Positions 35,680 to 36,889 of a DNA stretch of 36,889 nt are shown piece by piece (within the stretch, counting starts at the first letter, position 1; each line of letters begins with the position of its first letter). A program made the translations under genes and the position numbers. The notes beneath the pieces are model-generated. The model made no database searches, was not told where the DNA came from, and was given only the letters and a program-made list of their open reading frames with translations. Origin of the DNA: Octopus bimaculoides (taxonomy: Eukaryota); contig NC_068993.1 in assembly GCF_001194135.2 (NCBI RefSeq), positions 13,489,502 through 13,526,390 of the forward strand, read 5' to 3'.

Positions 35680-35948
35680 GTTCTATATTTAAGAGATGAA
35701 GAATTTAAGAGATGTACATTATTTACATTCGACGGATATTTGTCCTCATCTTGTTTGTTGTTAAGCAAACGTTTCGGCTGATATACCCTCAAGCCTTCTT
35801 CAGGTGTCTTGGGAAAATTTCGAACCTATGTTCTCATTCCTAATGTATTTTTCGATGTTGTTATTATTATTGTTCAGTTCACTGCTTGGAATCGAACTCG
35901 GAATCTTGGGGTTAGTAGCCCACGCTCTTAACTACTACGCCATATGCC
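35680..35948 (-). mobile_element. SINE-like family D, full-length copy: tRNA-like head, (AAT)n, hammerhead-like motif, tail
   Basis: Minus-strand head ggcatatggcgtagtagttaagagcgtgggctactaaccccaagattccgagttcgattcc (A-box-like tggcgtagtag, B-box-like gttcgattcc); tail ends catctcttaaatatagaac as at 13391-13409. Confidence 0.88.
35763..35808 (-). ncRNA. Minimal type I hammerhead ribozyme-like motif (core intact, 3' strand of stem I mutated)
   Basis: Minus strand gacac CTGAAGA a ggct-tgagggtatatc-agcc GAAACGTT tgctt. Confidence 0.6.
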
Positions 35949-36189
35949 CGTGAGCAATTATGGGGCACTGGGATATGAAACATACTGCCTAAATACTAAT
36001 CTTGAGAAATTAGGCTTCTCAAAACAGAAAGCAGAAAGATTATTCGAAGACTACAGATCCAATCGATCACTGGAATTGTAAAAATCTGTAAAACTTTTCA
36101 GAAGTTTGTCATTTAAGTATATATGAGCATGTCTTGATATGCAACTATATGCATGAGAATACATATATAAAGCAAAATAATACGAATCT

Positions 36190-36500
36190 GCACATATACA
36201 TACATGCACATACAAACATACATACATACATACATATATACATACATACATACATACATGCATAAGTGCATGCATGCATAAGTGCATGCATGCATACATA
36301 CATACATACATACATACACACATACATACATACATACATGCACAAATAATCTGTTGTTGCCGTTGGAATTCCTATGAAGGAGCCTTGGATCTATGTTAGA
36401 AACCTTGAAATATAACTGAATAATGACAGACACAAACACATACATACATACATACGTACATACGTACATACATACATACATACATACATACATACATACG
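36190..36500. repeat. (ATAC)n tetranucleotide satellite interrupted by ~100 bp of unique sequence
   Basis: Direct reading. Confidence 0.9.
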
Positions 36501-36554
36501 TGATGGCCACAACTCGATTTTAAGCAATGTTATTGTTTCACTGCTCTCTGAAAG

Positions 36555-36733
36555 CTGCACGGATGTGGATTTTCCGTCCTCCTAAGGACCAATTTTCTAT
36601 GTATAGATGTAGAAACGACGGGCGCCTCCTGCAGCAGATGTTCAAAGATATCACCCACGCTAACTCCATCAAGGAAATTTCATTCAGGATCATGTCTTAT
36701 TTGGTGGTACGGCCAGAGTTAAATATGCAACAG
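36555..36733 (+). CDS. Weak candidate coding exon (phase 1-0), product unknown
   Basis: ctctctgaaag| ARMWIFRPPKDQFSMYRCRNDGRLLQQMFKDITHANSIKEISFRIMSYLVVRPELNMQQ |gtaata; higher-GC island between satellites; weak acceptor; no recognised homology. Confidence 0.3.
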
Positions 36734-36889
36734 GTAATAGAGATATGTATATATACTTAAATATAATGCAAATTATGTATGTATATATGTATGTATGTAT
36801 CTATATATCTATGTATTTATCTATCTCTATCGCTCTTTCTCTGTCTATATGTCTCTCTCTCCCCCTCTCTCTCTCTATACATATATATA

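Noticed and set aside
36600-36640. LCIDVETTG resembling a DEDDh exonuclease motif I
   Set aside because: No downstream Exo II/III motifs, and the frame stops at ~36722.

Overview
AT-rich, microsatellite-dense eukaryotic genomic DNA with six N-gaps. The repeat landscape ((TA)n/(TG)n/(ATAC)n plus several tRNA-headed SINE families) suggests an octopus or other cephalopod draft assembly; this is inference, not verified. Most of the window looks like intron or intergenic sequence. There is one convincing protein-coding exon (+ strand, 8393-8542, phase 1-1, Cys-rich module) and a few weaker exon candidates. At least four SINE-like families are present (labelled A-D here), plus decayed LINE remnants (RTE 3' end; two CR1/Jockey-type reverse-transcriptase remnants), a gag-like zinc-knuckle remnant, a probable Chapaev3-like transposase remnant and three MITE-like elements. 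The most interesting signal is family D: it joins a tRNA-like Pol III head to a minimal type I hammerhead-ribozyme motif of the kind found in Penelope-like elements. Two of its three copies are fused head-to-head into a ~430-bp inverted repeat. Most ORFs in the supplied track are artefacts of microsatellites or N-gaps. All family assignments come from recalled motifs and manual alignment; no database search was run.
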